Shown: one piece after another, positions 1 through 12,190 of the stretch
Position numbering within the stretch: position 1 is the stretch's first letter
How the letters are laid out: each line of letters begins with the position of its first letter
From: Selaginella moellendorffii
Lineage: Eukaryota; Plantae; Lycopodiophyta
DNA length: 64,000 nucleotides
Assembly: GCF_000143415.4 (NCBI RefSeq)
Contig: NW_003314266.1
Location: forward strand, 3,232,398-3,296,397
Reading direction: 5' to 3'
Program-made: the position numbers and the translations under genes
Notes under the pieces: generated by a model
Seen by the model: the letters and a program-made list of their open reading frames with translations, nothing else
What the model was told of the DNA's origin: nothing
The model's database searches: none

Positions 1-502
1 AATCTCAATACACGAAAGTTCTTGTCAAGCCAGTGCAAAATAGAGCAAAAGAGAACTAAGAGCTAGGCCAAATATGCTCAGCAAAAAACACATAACAATT
101 CCATGCTTTATTTTGTTAAAGTGGGACTTATTTAGTAAAGTGGGACATTAATTAGCATGTGTCCACATGCCATTTCCTAGTACTTAATTAATATTTATTA
201 ATATTTCTATCAGTTTTTTAATTTATTTTTTTATATTTCACAATATTATAACACAAAATCATATGAAAAGTTTTTAATTTATAAATTATAAAGTTAAAAC
301 TTCAATTTTTTATTGTTGTTATAAAAATGGTATGTGGCCACACACCATAAGTGGGATAATGAAAAGTCCCACTTTAACGAAATAAAGCATTTCCTACCTT
401 ATATCCATTTAGCTAAATACAAATGCTAAGCCCAATTTACTAACATTTGAATAAAAGGGGCTGATAAAGGGAATCAGCAATACTGACCTCCTGCCGTCAT
501 GG
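1..502 (-). mobile_element. Partial LTR of 'family B/D' Gypsy element, host to the MITE and to the Tcn1-like insertion at 503
   Basis: Colinear with 2939-3150 once the 103-390 insertion is removed; reverse complement matches the LTR at 49108-50255. Confidence 0.8.
103..390. mobile_element. 288-bp MITE, non-autonomous relative of the large TIR transposon
   Basis: TIRs ATGCTTTATTTTGTTAAAGTGGGA / TCCCACTTTAACGAAATAAAGCAT. TSD TTCC at 99-102 and 391-394. An empty site (GAGTTCCTACC) is visible at ~3036-3046. AT-rich interior with subterminal AAGTGGGA repeats. Confidence 0.92.
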
Positions 503-2089
503 TGTAAGGAATCCCCCAATTCTTGCCACATTCCCGACTCTTGCCGGATTCCTGACTTGCGGACCACATTCCTGCCTCTCGAAACACGACCACATTTCTG
601 ACTCTCGAGACACTTCTCTATTCCTGATTCTTTGATTCTTGATTTTCAAACCACTTTCCTAATGATGATGTGGTGCCTCCTTGACCTCAGCTATATTTAG
701 GTTGTCCTTGATCCAGAGTGGTGGAGCTTCATCAACCTATAGTATATATAGGTTAACCTTGTTCCATTTCTCCACAATCTGAATCAATGCCAGTCTAAGG
801 CTTCTTCTTCGTCTCAACTAGCTTTTCTCTTTGTCTTTTGCATTTTTCAGTTTTGATCTTGTTGGGGATCTTGACAGTTTGATTCAGATTATATTTTTTG
901 CATTTGCTTTAGCTTGTTTTGATTGTTTGACCGCCTTTGCCTTTTTTCCCCTTTTCTTTCTTCCCCCTTGATATAGTTTTCAAGCCATCCTGATTTCTTC
1001 GCCGAAGTCCTTGCAAAAATGCAGTCTGAGAATACCAAGCTGAAGGTGGCCCTTCTTCACATGCAACAGGAGCTTGCTTCACTTTCGGCTCAAGGATCAA
1101 GCAGAGTTCTTGAACCAAATGTGAGTTTCCCGGTAAAGTTCTTAGTCAAGCGTTTGGAGCTTTGTGGATTCCTGAACCAGATGGAGCTGATCTTCGCACT
1201 TCAACATCGGTGATACCCCACTCCCAAGTCTCAAATCGGCACAATCGGGACATTGCTCGAAGGTGCAGCTTTGTCATGGTTTTCTCCTCTCCTGGAGAAG
1301 AGCATGAAAGGGGTCGTGGTTTCAGAGCTGATGGATCTTTAGTTGTTCAAAGAGAAGCTTGAAGCATGTTTTGGTGAGATGGATCAGGTTCGGGCTGCCA
1401 CCACAAAGATGAGACATCTCTCTTAGGGGTCTCATCTTGCCTCGATCTATGCTGTGGAGTTCCAACTCCTTGCCTTGGACACTCAGTGGGATGAGTGGGC
1501 CCTAATTGATCAATTTCATTTCGGCCTCAACAATGGTGTCAAGGATTTGTTGCTCACCATGGAGGATCCCACGGACCTATCGGACACCATCAACAAAGCT
1601 GTTCGATGCGACAATCGTCTCTTTGAACGTCGTCAGGAAAGTCGCCGCATCACCGTTTTCCCGTCCCAGACATAGGAATCCCAGCTTGAGTCTTCGGGGC
1701 ATACTCCTAAACCTACTACTCCAATCCCAATTGATATTTCTAGTACTCCCCGACTCATTAGAGGGAAGTTGAGTCCTACTAAGAAGCAATGTTAAGTATC
1801 TCAGAATCTTTGCCTCTACTGTGCTAATCCTAATCACAAAGCAGTTGTGTATCCCAAGAAGCCTTCCCAATTGCTCGAGTTCACTCTGCCTCAAGGTCCA
1901 CCTCTATTGCAGTCGGGAAACGACCCTATCCAAACAGAGTAGGAGCTGTCTGTTTAGACTCCCCAAATAAAAATAACATTTCTTCTTTATCAATCTTGTC
2001 ACCACCTTTCATCAAAGCCACCACCAATTCCCAAAACTTCTGCATCCCATGTCTCCTTTCTTTCACCAGACAATCAAGACTCAAGGCTC
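503..2089 (+). mobile_element. 5' part of an older Tcn1-like Gypsy element: LTR 503-876, degraded gag, start of protease
   Basis: TG...CA LTR homologous to 7481-7867. Gag fragments (1019-1213, 1454-1675) match the gag at 20408+ but carry stops. Truncated by the LTR insertion at 2090. Confidence 0.88.
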
Positions 2090-3221
2090 TGTAGTGCACG
2101 TGGTTTTGACCATTTATCCTATGGTGATTTACCATAGGATAACACCATGAAGTGAAACCTAAACCCTCTATATGCCACATGTCATATACCACGTGTCCAA
2201 AGGACAGTGGTGTGGAACCTGAGGTTCAGGGCCTTGGGCCACTGAACAAAAGAACAGTGTGAAACTCCCAAGTGTGGAGCCAAGGAGCAATGGCACTGGA
2301 GCATGGAACGGCTCCCGAGCACATAGCCCAAGGAGCAAAGCGACAGGAGCATGGAGCGACTTGGAACAGTCCTAGAGTATCCAGCATCCCAATGCTAAGA
2401 CCAGCACGCAAAACGAAGCCAAATAGAGTCTGGCGCTATTTTGGCATACCGGTGGCCTAATGCAAGGATATGGGTACTCCACCAACTAGCATGGTGTGGA
2501 GCTTGGGCTTAGACCCAAGCTGGACACAAAACAAGGACAAGTACGCAAGCTGGAGCTAGACTATGCCTCAAGTTAGTCAGCCATACCCAACTTACCCACT
2601 ATCCCTACTATACATTTGGAATCCTCCACATCCCCCCCCCCCTTGAGGAACACACGCTTTAGGCTTTCACCCGAAGCCACCTTTAGTACCAAGAGTTAGT
2701 CTCTGGGACAAGCTCAAAACTTACTAAATATGGAATTTCCTTAGATTGTGAATTTGGACACGAGATGAACACCATTGTGTTCAAGACAATCTCTACATTC
2801 CACAGACATGCCAAATGAGCAAATTTAGACACTTTCTATAAATAGCATTTGGGACTGAAATGAGACTAACAAAAAGAGCATGATAGCGAGGGTGTTTGGC
2901 AGACATAGTAAGCTATCATCTAGCAATATTGAGGGATTAATCTCAATATGCAAGGGTTCTTGTCAAGCTAGTGCAAGACAAGAAAAAGAGAACTATTAAG
3001 AGCTAGACTGAGTATGCTCAGCTAGAAACATATAGGAGTTCCTACCTTATGTCCATCTGTCTAAGTACAGGTGCTAAGCCCAGTAAACTAACACTTGAAC
3101 AAGAGGGGCTGATAAAGGGAATTAGCAATACCGACCTCCTGCCATCGTGGCAGTAAGGAAAGAGTGTCCGTAAGGACTAGCTGACAGGTAACTTTTGATA
3201 CCCGAAATCACATTTGCGACA
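2090..3221 (-). mobile_element. 3' LTR (~1.13 kb) of a minus-strand family-B element
   Basis: Reverse complement of 49108-50255, with TG..CA ends. Adjacent CTCTCCCCCCC (3222-3232) is the PPT on the minus strand. Confidence 0.85.
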
Positions 3222-6200
3222 CTCTCCCCCCCAAGGAAGATCGACATCCTCATCAATGCATACTCGAGTCTAGAATATTGCCAAGGAAACAACTCCAGAA
3301 AAAAGTTCACGGTATTCACACTATGTGAGAAATGCACCAACTTAAATGAGTTAGAAGGCAACCTCTTTGTCTAACACGGATGCGCTACCAGCTCAAACAC
3401 CTTCTGGCCATCGCCGACAAAGGAAATGACCAATGAAGTTAGCCACCCTTGCTGCTCTGAGTGTCACCCAACTTACAAAAGTGTGATACGCCCCTGCCCG
3501 CAGATGGCATAGAGAGAAAAGCCAAAGGCCCTAACCCTCCGAAGCAAAGAAACCAAACCCGTCAGTAACGTTTAGATAGACTACTATAAACAGGCAGTTA
3601 GAGTTGTTTACATGGTCACACCCTTTTAATGGAATAAGGAACATCGATAGAGAGGCGGGTTATGTGACTAGTCAACAGTAGCTACCCCATGACTAGATAT
3701 TTCACCATGCACACGAAGTGTCGAAGCTAGTCTGCCTATATTGGCCCAAATTCAAAGATCAATAGATGGACAATATAAAAGTCATAAACAATGATATCTT
3801 AGAGACTTAATTATCAATGAATAAACCTTAGATTATATTAGAAAAGTATTTCAGGTGAGTTATCATCCAATAAACCAATATTATAGTATAGAAACCACCA
3901 AAATCATCATAATTGGTAAACATAGGAATCACCATCCAACAAAAGTCAATAGAAAGTCTATTATCAAGGAAACTCAATGATGAAACCTAACTACCGAAGA
4001 TTGCAGACAGAATGCCAAAAAACTTATGAAAGAGAACTCAAAGAACACAAAGTATCATTGACTGGCAAGCAAAATGCTCGCGAATATATCATGCAAAGGA
4101 AATAACATCCCAATCTATCAGAACTGACTTAGGCAATGATCAACAGAACAAAATGAATGTTGCAAGATTAAAAAACATAGCGTTCATGCTAACTATTGCA
4201 CTAGCCAATCTGAATAGATTCCAGTCACAATACAAAGGAACTCAAATTGTTTAAGCAAGTGTCAGCAACATCCTATCGATATTTCAAACCGAAGAGACTA
4301 ATCCAAAGCAAACCACAAAAAACATGTGGTATTGCAAAAAGCCATAAGCTATTAGATAGCATAACTAACTATCATAAAAGATCATCAATCATCCCATCAA
4401 TAGAGAGATGCATAATCATCGTTGAAAAAAGAATCTACCATCCCAAAGAACAATAGAACATTCAATATCAACAATAATCAAGCAAAACCTTCGACAAGGA
4501 TAATCAACTACCCTAAATGACAGTCAATCATCATCAATGATTGCTAGATGCAAAAGCCAACTTCATGTAAGGAACCAACTCCCTGAGGTGTCGTAGGCTA
4601 AAGGATCCCCGAAAGCATGACCGAAATGACAAAGAGTTCATCGGATGGGACCGAGTCTAAGATCGAGTCCAAGACCGACTCTGAGACCGAGTTCGAGATA
4701 AAGTCCGGGATCAAGTCCGAGGCCGACTCCGAGACCGAGTTCGAGACCGAGTTCTAGACAGAGTCCGAGATCTGAGATCGGGTTCGAGACCGAGTCTGGC
4801 TGCAGAGGGTTCCAAAAGTATTGTAGGGATAGTGACGTCTAGGAACCAGTCTTGAAGGAACTCTCTAGTGGTGTTTTCAAACTGACTTGAGGTTGAGACT
4901 GAGGCCGAGGGGCCTTGGGTGGGAGTGAGCATGGACTCGGGTGGTGCTGGAGGGGCCACCTAAGGAAGTGCTCAAGAGCAGCTCCCACTCCCGAAAAGGA
5001 AACCGACTATGGTGCTCCTGGCTCATGTGGAGTGGTGCCCCACTTGAGTACCTTGCGGCTCATTAATCCTCACCCTTCCTAGGTGAGGATTGGGCCTTCC
5101 CTTCCCTGGGCCTTCCCTTGGGGATGGAAGTGGGGGGGGTAGAGGTACCCATACCGGGCCGTTAGGCCACGGTGTTTCGCCCTGGCGTCCCGAAACATGT
5201 GTTGCACCTAAAACTTGGGATTTAGAGGGTCCCATGATTAAGTCTTGTGGTACCAAGGGATGTTAGGAACCTGGAGGCTTGGTGTGCTTGGCTACTTGTG
5301 CCTACGGGGAATGTAGCCAAACTTTATGTCCAATCTAACTTGGGGAGGTGGATTGAGAGAGATTTGGGAATCCATGGATGGATGGCTAATGCTCCATTGC
5401 TTGTGAAGTGAGTAGCTAAAATCAAGTAGAAGCTGGTACAATAGACGGGAACTTTAGCAAAGGAACTTAGCTAAAGCCAAGGCAGTGTTGATCGGATAGA
5501 TAAGGTAAGTTGGCAAATTGGAAAGGAAAAATTTATGGCTTACATTTCAATATTGAAGTTAATAAGCCAAAATGCCTTCCCCAACAACTTCTAACAAATG
5601 GAGGAATGAGCATAAAACTCAAAGAACCAAAAGCTCGAAGAAGTCTATAGCTAAGTCATGCCTAATAATGATCACAAGTCTTGCATGAACTAACTTCAAT
5701 GCTAAAGAAGAAATCATGATGCAACCCACAATATCTTCCTTAATGCATCCATAAGCCAAACTTCATAATGCCAAAGCTAATGAAAAGCATATCTACATCA
5801 ATCCAAAAGCTAAAAACTATGGAGCTATGCTCAACAAGTGATCACTAAACGATCCTCCATAAATCCATCTATAGCAAGACGTAACTCACTTTATAACAAG
5901 CTCAAGAAGAATCATCAATGATCAATATATCCCATCTTGAATTCAACAAGGAATCCAACATACCAACATCGATCATTAACTCTTCCTCTCGTAAAGTTAG
6001 TGCTGTCTACGACTAAATTACTTTTCAAGGAAAAACTCAAACCTCAACCTTTATTAAACAATCTCATCTAAAACACACTAACTTAAACTTGCCACTCAGT
6101 TCATTTGAACATCAACATAGTTGTTAACTAGCAAATGCATGAATGCCAATAACACAAAGCCATAACCAAATCATCAACACTATCTTCATCGAGACTAATG

Positions 6201-7480
6201 AAACTCAATATCAATCTTACAAAGAGATATTTCATTTCACTCAAATATCAATATCAACAATGTCAATAACAAGGCATCACTTTAATGCTATCAACACCAA
6301 AACAAAACTAAAAGAAAGCAAGAGTGAATCACCAGTCAAAACTCTCTAGCAACTAAGCTAACCAAAGTCGAAGATACCTTAGTTGGTATCAGAGACCAAT
6401 CCTTCAGCAAAATTTAGTTATAGATAACACTTCCTCAAAGAGTGAATCACTATATCCAAGACTCTATGAAATCCAACACTACAGACAAAATGTACTCAAA
6501 TGATATCAAAAAAGGTAGAATCAATATGCCAACATAGGAAAACCATACAAACCTAATGACATAATCCTCTGCAAGCCCATCACTGCTAAATCATCATCAA
6601 GCGAAACAAGTATTAGAGGTCCTCGACACAGTTTATAAACAACCATGAGTCATAAAGCAACAAACAATCACTCTTCAACTTGCCTTTATAAGACCCAAAC
6701 ACTAAACTTATGTCATCAGGTCATATACTTATCCAATATGAATGTAATACCCCAGACGAGATAGAGGTTTATAGACAAGCACAAACTAAATGACCACTCG
6801 AATCCAACTCAACCGCAATAAGCTCACTAATGCATTTAGTCAATAGCTCTAAGCATGCCTTAAAGAGGTTAGCTATGCATGATCAACACTTAGTCGAAAC
6901 CAAAGTGAGGACCATGAGATAGACTCATATTGGTACACAACCTCCTCATTGACAAAGTTAGAGTATGGGTACTAACATCTTAACCTTAAAAAACTAAGCT
7001 GGACATCACTATCTTCAACCAAGGTGCAAGGCTACCAAGACTAAGTTAAGATCAGTGAGAGCTCACTACTCTCATAGAGTTTAACGAAATGCAAGGTGCA
7101 ACCTACAACCAAGCATAATATTATAGAAGAAAGGCACAAAAGTCGCCCTTTTTAGAAAAGTGGAATAGCCACTTTTCTACACCAACTCCAGACTCTATTG
7201 CCTTAGCCCCAAAAGTCAACATCCCTTTCGGGTCGTATCATACAAATTACCTATTAAGGTTTAAGCCAACTGAAGTCAATTCCAAACCCTTCACTAGTTT
7301 GTATTGGCTTATGAAAACAGAGAGGTTTCTGAACAAAATGGTCATTAGATCAACCAGTGGAAAAATCTAAGAAAATTTGTGGAAAATTTTCCATCCTAGA
7401 AAAAGAATGATTCTCAGTTTAGGAATGCAAACTTTCATGACTCAACCAACTTCCTCCTACCAACAACTTCACATAGGTTC
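3222..7480 (-). mobile_element. Degenerate, non-coding internal region of the family-B LTR element (LARD-like)
   Basis: 3222-3480 matches the 3' UTR of the chromovirus at ~33770-34038. 7350-7480 matches 51385-51510. No long ORF. Confidence 0.6.
4648..4797. repeat. Degenerate 12-bp tandem repeat (GACCGAGTYCGA-like)
   Basis: About 12 imperfect units read directly; produces the RS/RT-rich spurious ORF. Confidence 0.75.
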
Positions 7481-7869
7481 TGTCAGGAATCCCCCAATTC
7501 TTGCCACATTCCTGACTCTCGCCGGATTCCTGATCTGCAGACCACATTCCTGACTCTCGAGACACTTCCCTATTCCTGACTCTCGAGACACTTTCCTATT
7601 CTTGACTCTCAAGACACTTCCCGATTCCTGAGTCTCGAGCCACATTCCTGATGATGATGTGGCGCCTCCTCGACCTCAGCTATATTTAGGCCGTCCTCGA
7701 TCCAAGAGTGGTGGAGCTTCATCAACCTATAGTATATATAGGTTAGCCTTGTTCCATTTCTCCACAATCTGAATCAACGCCAGTCTAAGGCCTTTTCTTT
7801 GTTTCCACTAGCTTTTCTCTTTGTCTTTTTGCATTTTCCAATCTTGATCTTGTTAGGGGTCTTGACAGT

Positions 7870-7884
7870 TTGATTCAGATTGTG
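7870..7884 (+). promoter_or_regulatory. Self-priming PBS, complementary to the LTR R-region start
   Basis: TTGATTCAGATTGTG is the exact reverse complement of CACAATCTGAATCAA at ~7763-7777, just downstream of the LTR TATA box (TATATATA, 7733-7740). No TGG-type tRNA PBS is present. Confidence 0.8.
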
Positions 7885-8694
7885 TTTTTTTGTTTTAAGC
7901 TCTATTTCGTTAAAGTGGGATTTATTCAGTAAAATGGGACTAGGTACAAATTTTCAAGTATTTGAAAATGACGTGAAATTATATGTTTTTTGTCCAGGGG
8001 CTAGACATATCTGGGGCATGGTGACTAGCGCGATGACTTTGTGTCCAGACTGAGTCCATCTGGTTGTATAATAAATCTCATTGTCAAGGTGAACAAGCCG
8101 AATCTGAAGCTAAAGAAGAGCGATGGCATGCGCGCACACACTATTTGTTTGTTCATTGAGCGTGTGGTGAGCTTTCCAAGATGAACGTCATTCCTATTAG
8201 CCAGACTATAACTTAATGGTGAGAACATTTAGATATTATTCAATGTTATCTTTTTCTAATGAATCTAATTGTGAAGGTGTAGCAAGAGGCATTGCTAGTC
8301 TGGAGAAGTCATTTAACTCATTTGACCCTTAGTGTATTTTCATGAAACTAAATAACATTCATATTATTAAGGAATTTCTCTAGTACCTTTTTTTTACGAC
8401 ATAGAGGCTTGCATTTCTTTCAAAGGTGATTTAGTAAAAGGCCTGAGGGCACATGCCATTCTATTTCTCAGACCGGTATTAAAATATACTAGTGCAAAGG
8501 GAAAAAGGTATTTGGTGATCAAGTAAATGGCATGAGGGCACACGCCATTATAAGCCTAAGCGCTAGTGGACACCTCCTTTTTGGTGTCACGCCTCACGCC
8601 TCACGCCATCACGCCATGCCATCACGCCTCCTCTGATTCAGATTTGGATTGTTCACCTTGAAATAAAATACATTAGAAACTTAGTAAAGGAATA

Positions 8695-11600
8695 TTAATG
8701 AATCTCACCTTGAACCCGGGTTATGAATGCTCTTGCTACATCTCTTGCATGGTCTGGCAAGGTGATGGTGGCACTCTGCTTCCGCATCCAACCATGCACA
8801 ACATTATCCACCGATATTCTCATGCAAGGATCCCTTGGATTCAACACCCATCTCTTTTCTAGGCAATCCTTCGTATATCCGGAACTTGGCTTGAACCACT
8901 CCACAGTTACATTGAAGGAGTTAGTTTCCGCGTCCTCCTCTGCATCAGTGATGCAGCGCCCCACCCATATCATTTGTTTTTTATTACTGGGTCTGACAAG
9001 CATGACCATTCCTTTGCAGACCTGTACTGGATTGAATGCTGAATCCGGCTTCTTGTTCCTCGGCCCACAATAGTGATCCTCAACATCGTTATCTGTCACT
9101 GCATTTCCAGAGGACATTGTTCCGCTACTATCTGGTGCTCTGGGTTCTGGCCAAAAGGACTCTTCCAATTCTTCATATACAACCGGCCCATTTTGGATAG
9201 CAGATATAATCTTCTCCCAGTATTTGAGCAAAGGCTTGCACCTCTTAAAATAGGATTCTCCACCAAACACCAACCCCCTCTTCCAGAAGGCAATATGCTG
9301 TCTAATCCCGGCCACTATACTTTCCTGGTCTTTGAGTCCATCCGGGTGCATCGGCCGTGGGGAACCCTGAGGAATCATAGGTTCCCCAGTTATGGGATCT
9401 CTCTTGAAGAGTTCAATGCCATCCATTGGCAGCCACACTGTGTCCCATTCTCTCATCTTGTACCTCATCACTGGAGCACCGTCACGCATGCTGAAATGAA
9501 ACTGAAGAGGCTTGGAGTGGCCAATCAGTGTTTCGAATCCGTCCCTGATGTAGCCTCTTACAAACCCCTTAAAGTCTAGAACCTCTGTCACAAGTGCAGC
9601 TTCAACAGTGCCTTTGATGCAATTTTGGAATTCATCGTAGAGTTGTGGGAGGGTGAGGACATTGGATCGCCGGAGGGACTCTGCCAGGTGACTGAACATG
9701 GCATCGACGTCTTCATGAGTGTGCCCAACCATGAGAAAGCCAAGTGTAACCATTTCAAATATGCCTTTGGCAACAAGCATCGCCAAGTACGCGAAGACGT
9801 ACATGTTTTTGTTCTCACTGCCAGCATTGTCTGTTTGGAGCAGAAGATGGGGTGGAAGGCCACATCGGCCGCAAGAACTTCCTTGAGATTCTGCTTCGTT
9901 TGGATGAGGCTGTGCATTCACCGGGCGACCAACCTCGTCGGAATGGCATGAGGCCTCACGTGATAACCCTACAATCTGACGGCCAACATATTCACTGGGA
10001 TGGCATGGGGCCCCACGCGATACTGCAAGCCTTTGCTCCTCCTCCAGCTGAACCCTGTATGGGGTTCGATCGACAAGGGCCTTATGCAAGGGTTGGCCGT
10101 TCAGCTCAGTCTGCACACTTTGCAGAGACCTTAAGTGTTTTACTAGGGACGCAATCATCATGTTTGCACCCCTGCCACCCCATAGAGGTACAAAGAAGTT
10201 CCCATAGTTCTGGGCACCATGCCAATGAGTGATTATGCCAAACAGAGACACAGGCAGCTGCATGGATGAAGAGATTGCCTTGGGGGTAGGATTGAGTCGA
10301 GGTAAACACGTCTTTTTCTGGTCCATTTTGTCGTGGATGATGCAGAGGTAAGAGTCAGGTCTCTCCATGGAGAGAATCCTGTTATGATATACAGTCCTGC
10401 AACTTCTCTGCTCGATGTTGTGGTCGAGCCGCCTTCTAACCAACGTCTTTCGCTCTTGAGCGCTGCAAGAATTCTTCGACAAAGCCATTTTGATAGCAGT
10501 GCACTCGTCACACTTTGAAAAGCTGGAGTACTTTCCTATACTCACATCCCTGAACCTGTTGCTCCACAATCTACTAAATCTAGATTGGCTCAGCTTCCTG
10601 TAGCCATTACTCTGGAGTTCCCGATTCACATCTTCCAATATGGCCCCCTTGGTATACATGGAAGGGAGAACTTGTTGGGTGTCTCGTGTTCCATCTTCCA
10701 AGAGGCGGGTTTTATGTGGTTGCTGCTCGCTACATGTCTCGACAAACCTCTTGAAGATTGCCTCTCCATATACAACATGACCCTTGGTTTTGTGCGTACC
10801 GTCGTTCCCATGGACTGCCTGTTGAACCCTTTGTTCCTCGAACTCAGTTTTGATTCTGTAGAATGTGCTTCGAGGGACTCCATAAATGATTCTCCATGCC
10901 TTCATGCAGACCAAACCCCTCTGGAAGACCATGCCCCCCACCTGATGTTCTGAAGCATCAACAGATGACCGTAATGCCTCATACACAAAATTGCGAGCTG
11001 CCTTCCAGGACAATGTCTTGTATCTTGCTCTCTCCTCTTCAATAGCATCCCAATCAGCATGTTGACAGCACCTCCTCTTGCAACAAGCAACTGTCGAGAC
11101 CATTCGAACCTCCATCGCCATTTTCTGCCTTTTCGGTTCGTTGCTCAGATCCCTTTGGCTGCGCTTTAGGAAGGTGTACTTTCTTTTCCCATGAAGAGAT
11201 GTTCTGTCATCAGTTGTAGTGGTGTTTGATTGTGAATGCTTCACATTCTCAAACACTAAGTGCCTCAATTTCCACCGCACAATGCTTCTAATAGTCAGAC
11301 TGTTTTCTTCTGTGTCAACAACCTCTAAAATCGCAACTCCAATATCATCCCAGCCCAATTCTTGATTAGCAACCGCATCTCTTGGATCGACAACTGTGGC
11401 TAAGCCCTCAGCTACCACCTCCCCCTCGGGGTTGTTTAGAAACACCTTTGCCTGAATCCATGTAGCACGGTTTTTAAGATCCACGGAGGGAACATGCGTC
11501 ACACTTGCGCTGTCCCCAACATCTGCTTTCTTCTGCAGATTTTTCAAGGCAACAACAACATTTACCCCGACGACCATCTCTCCTCGTTCAATAGCGACCA

Positions 11601-11760
11601 CATTCCCATCGAAGACAGTCTCTACTGATACAGCAGCATTGCCTTCCCCAAGCCTTTGACAGTGTATAACAAAATTCCGATCCATAGACACAAGGGTCCC
11701 TTTTGCAACTCTCTTCCCACCATTCAAAATGTAAACCTTTTCCCCAACCCTGAAGGCCAT
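8695..11760 (-). CDS. DDD-type transposase (DUF7869/Sola-like), 1021 aa, open frame
   Basis: Motifs SKCDEC..H, IIHDKMDQKK, LLLQTDNAGSENKN and FLMVGHTHEDVDAMFS. Upstream CCKRRC..H and VCMKAW Cys cluster. Located inside TIRs. Confidence 0.85.
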   Translation of the reverse strand: MAFRVGEKVYILNGGKRVAKGTLVSMDRNFVIHCQRLGEGNAAVSVETVFDGNVVAIERGEMVVGVNVVVALKNLQKKADVGDSASVTHVPSVDLKNRATWIQAKVFLNNPEGEVVAEGLATVVDPRDAVANQELGWDDIGVAILEVVDTEENSLTIRSIVRWKLRHLVFENVKHSQSNTTTTDDRTSLHGKRKYTFLKRSQRDLSNEPKRQKMAMEVRMVSTVACCKRRCCQHADWDAIEEERARYKTLSWKAARNFVYEALRSSVDASEHQVGGMVFQRGLVCMKAWRIIYGVPRSTFYRIKTEFEEQRVQQAVHGNDGTHKTKGHVVYGEAIFKRFVETCSEQQPHKTRLLEDGTRDTQQVLPSMYTKGAILEDVNRELQSNGYRKLSQSRFSRLWSNRFRDVSIGKYSSFSKCDECTAIKMALSKNSCSAQERKTLVRRRLDHNIEQRSCRTVYHNRILSMERPDSYLCIIHDKMDQKKTCLPRLNPTPKAISSSMQLPVSLFGIITHWHGAQNYGNFFVPLWGGRGANMMIASLVKHLRSLQSVQTELNGQPLHKALVDRTPYRVQLEEEQRLAVSRGAPCHPSEYVGRQIVGLSREASCHSDEVGRPVNAQPHPNEAESQGSSCGRCGLPPHLLLQTDNAGSENKNMYVFAYLAMLVAKGIFEMVTLGFLMVGHTHEDVDAMFSHLAESLRRSNVLTLPQLYDEFQNCIKGTVEAALVTEVLDFKGFVRGYIRDGFETLIGHSKPLQFHFSMRDGAPVMRYKMREWDTVWLPMDGIELFKRDPITGEPMIPQGSPRPMHPDGLKDQESIVAGIRQHIAFWKRGLVFGGESYFKRCKPLLKYWEKIISAIQNGPVVYEELEESFWPEPRAPDSSGTMSSGNAVTDNDVEDHYCGPRNKKPDSAFNPVQVCKGMVMLVRPSNKKQMIWVGRCITDAEEDAETNSFNVTVEWFKPSSGYTKDCLEKRWVLNPRDPCMRISVDNVVHGWMRKQSATITLPDHARDVARAFITRVQGEIH

Positions 11761-12116
11761 TCTGAAAGTGCAGAAAAGAAGTTAAGACCATACAAAAAAT
11801 GATTGGAGAATGGCCTAAATCATAACATACCAAATAGCATGAGGCCACATGCCATTATTCAAACATGCTATTGACACCCACGTGAAATTTCACATTCACA
11901 AAATTGGCATGAGGCCTCATGCCATCTTGATATACACACAGCTGCAGGCAAGTAAAAACATACATGACAATACGCTAGCCATGAAATTGCAAGGGCCCAA
12001 GATGGCATGTGGCCTCATGCCATTTCTAAATGTGGTCCTAAACCATTCCATGGTGAACATACCAGGAAGCACAAGTGCCGAATATAAGGAGGAAGCGGTA
12101 GCCACACCAAAGACAG

Positions 12117-12190
12117 TGCCGCTCGCAACACCGCAACTACTCGTAGCGCCGCTCGCAACACCGCAACTGCTCGTAGCGCCGCTCGCACAA
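12117..12190. repeat. 30-bp tandem repeat, ~2.5 copies (GCCGCTCGCAACACCGCAACTRCTCGTAGC)
   Basis: Read directly; mirrored in copy 2 at ~43355-43426. Confidence 0.8.

Noticed and set aside
7898-7901. AGCT as a fixed target-site duplication
   Set aside because: The empty-site comparison for copy 2 shows TTGG is the duplicated sequence, so AAGCT belongs to the TIR.
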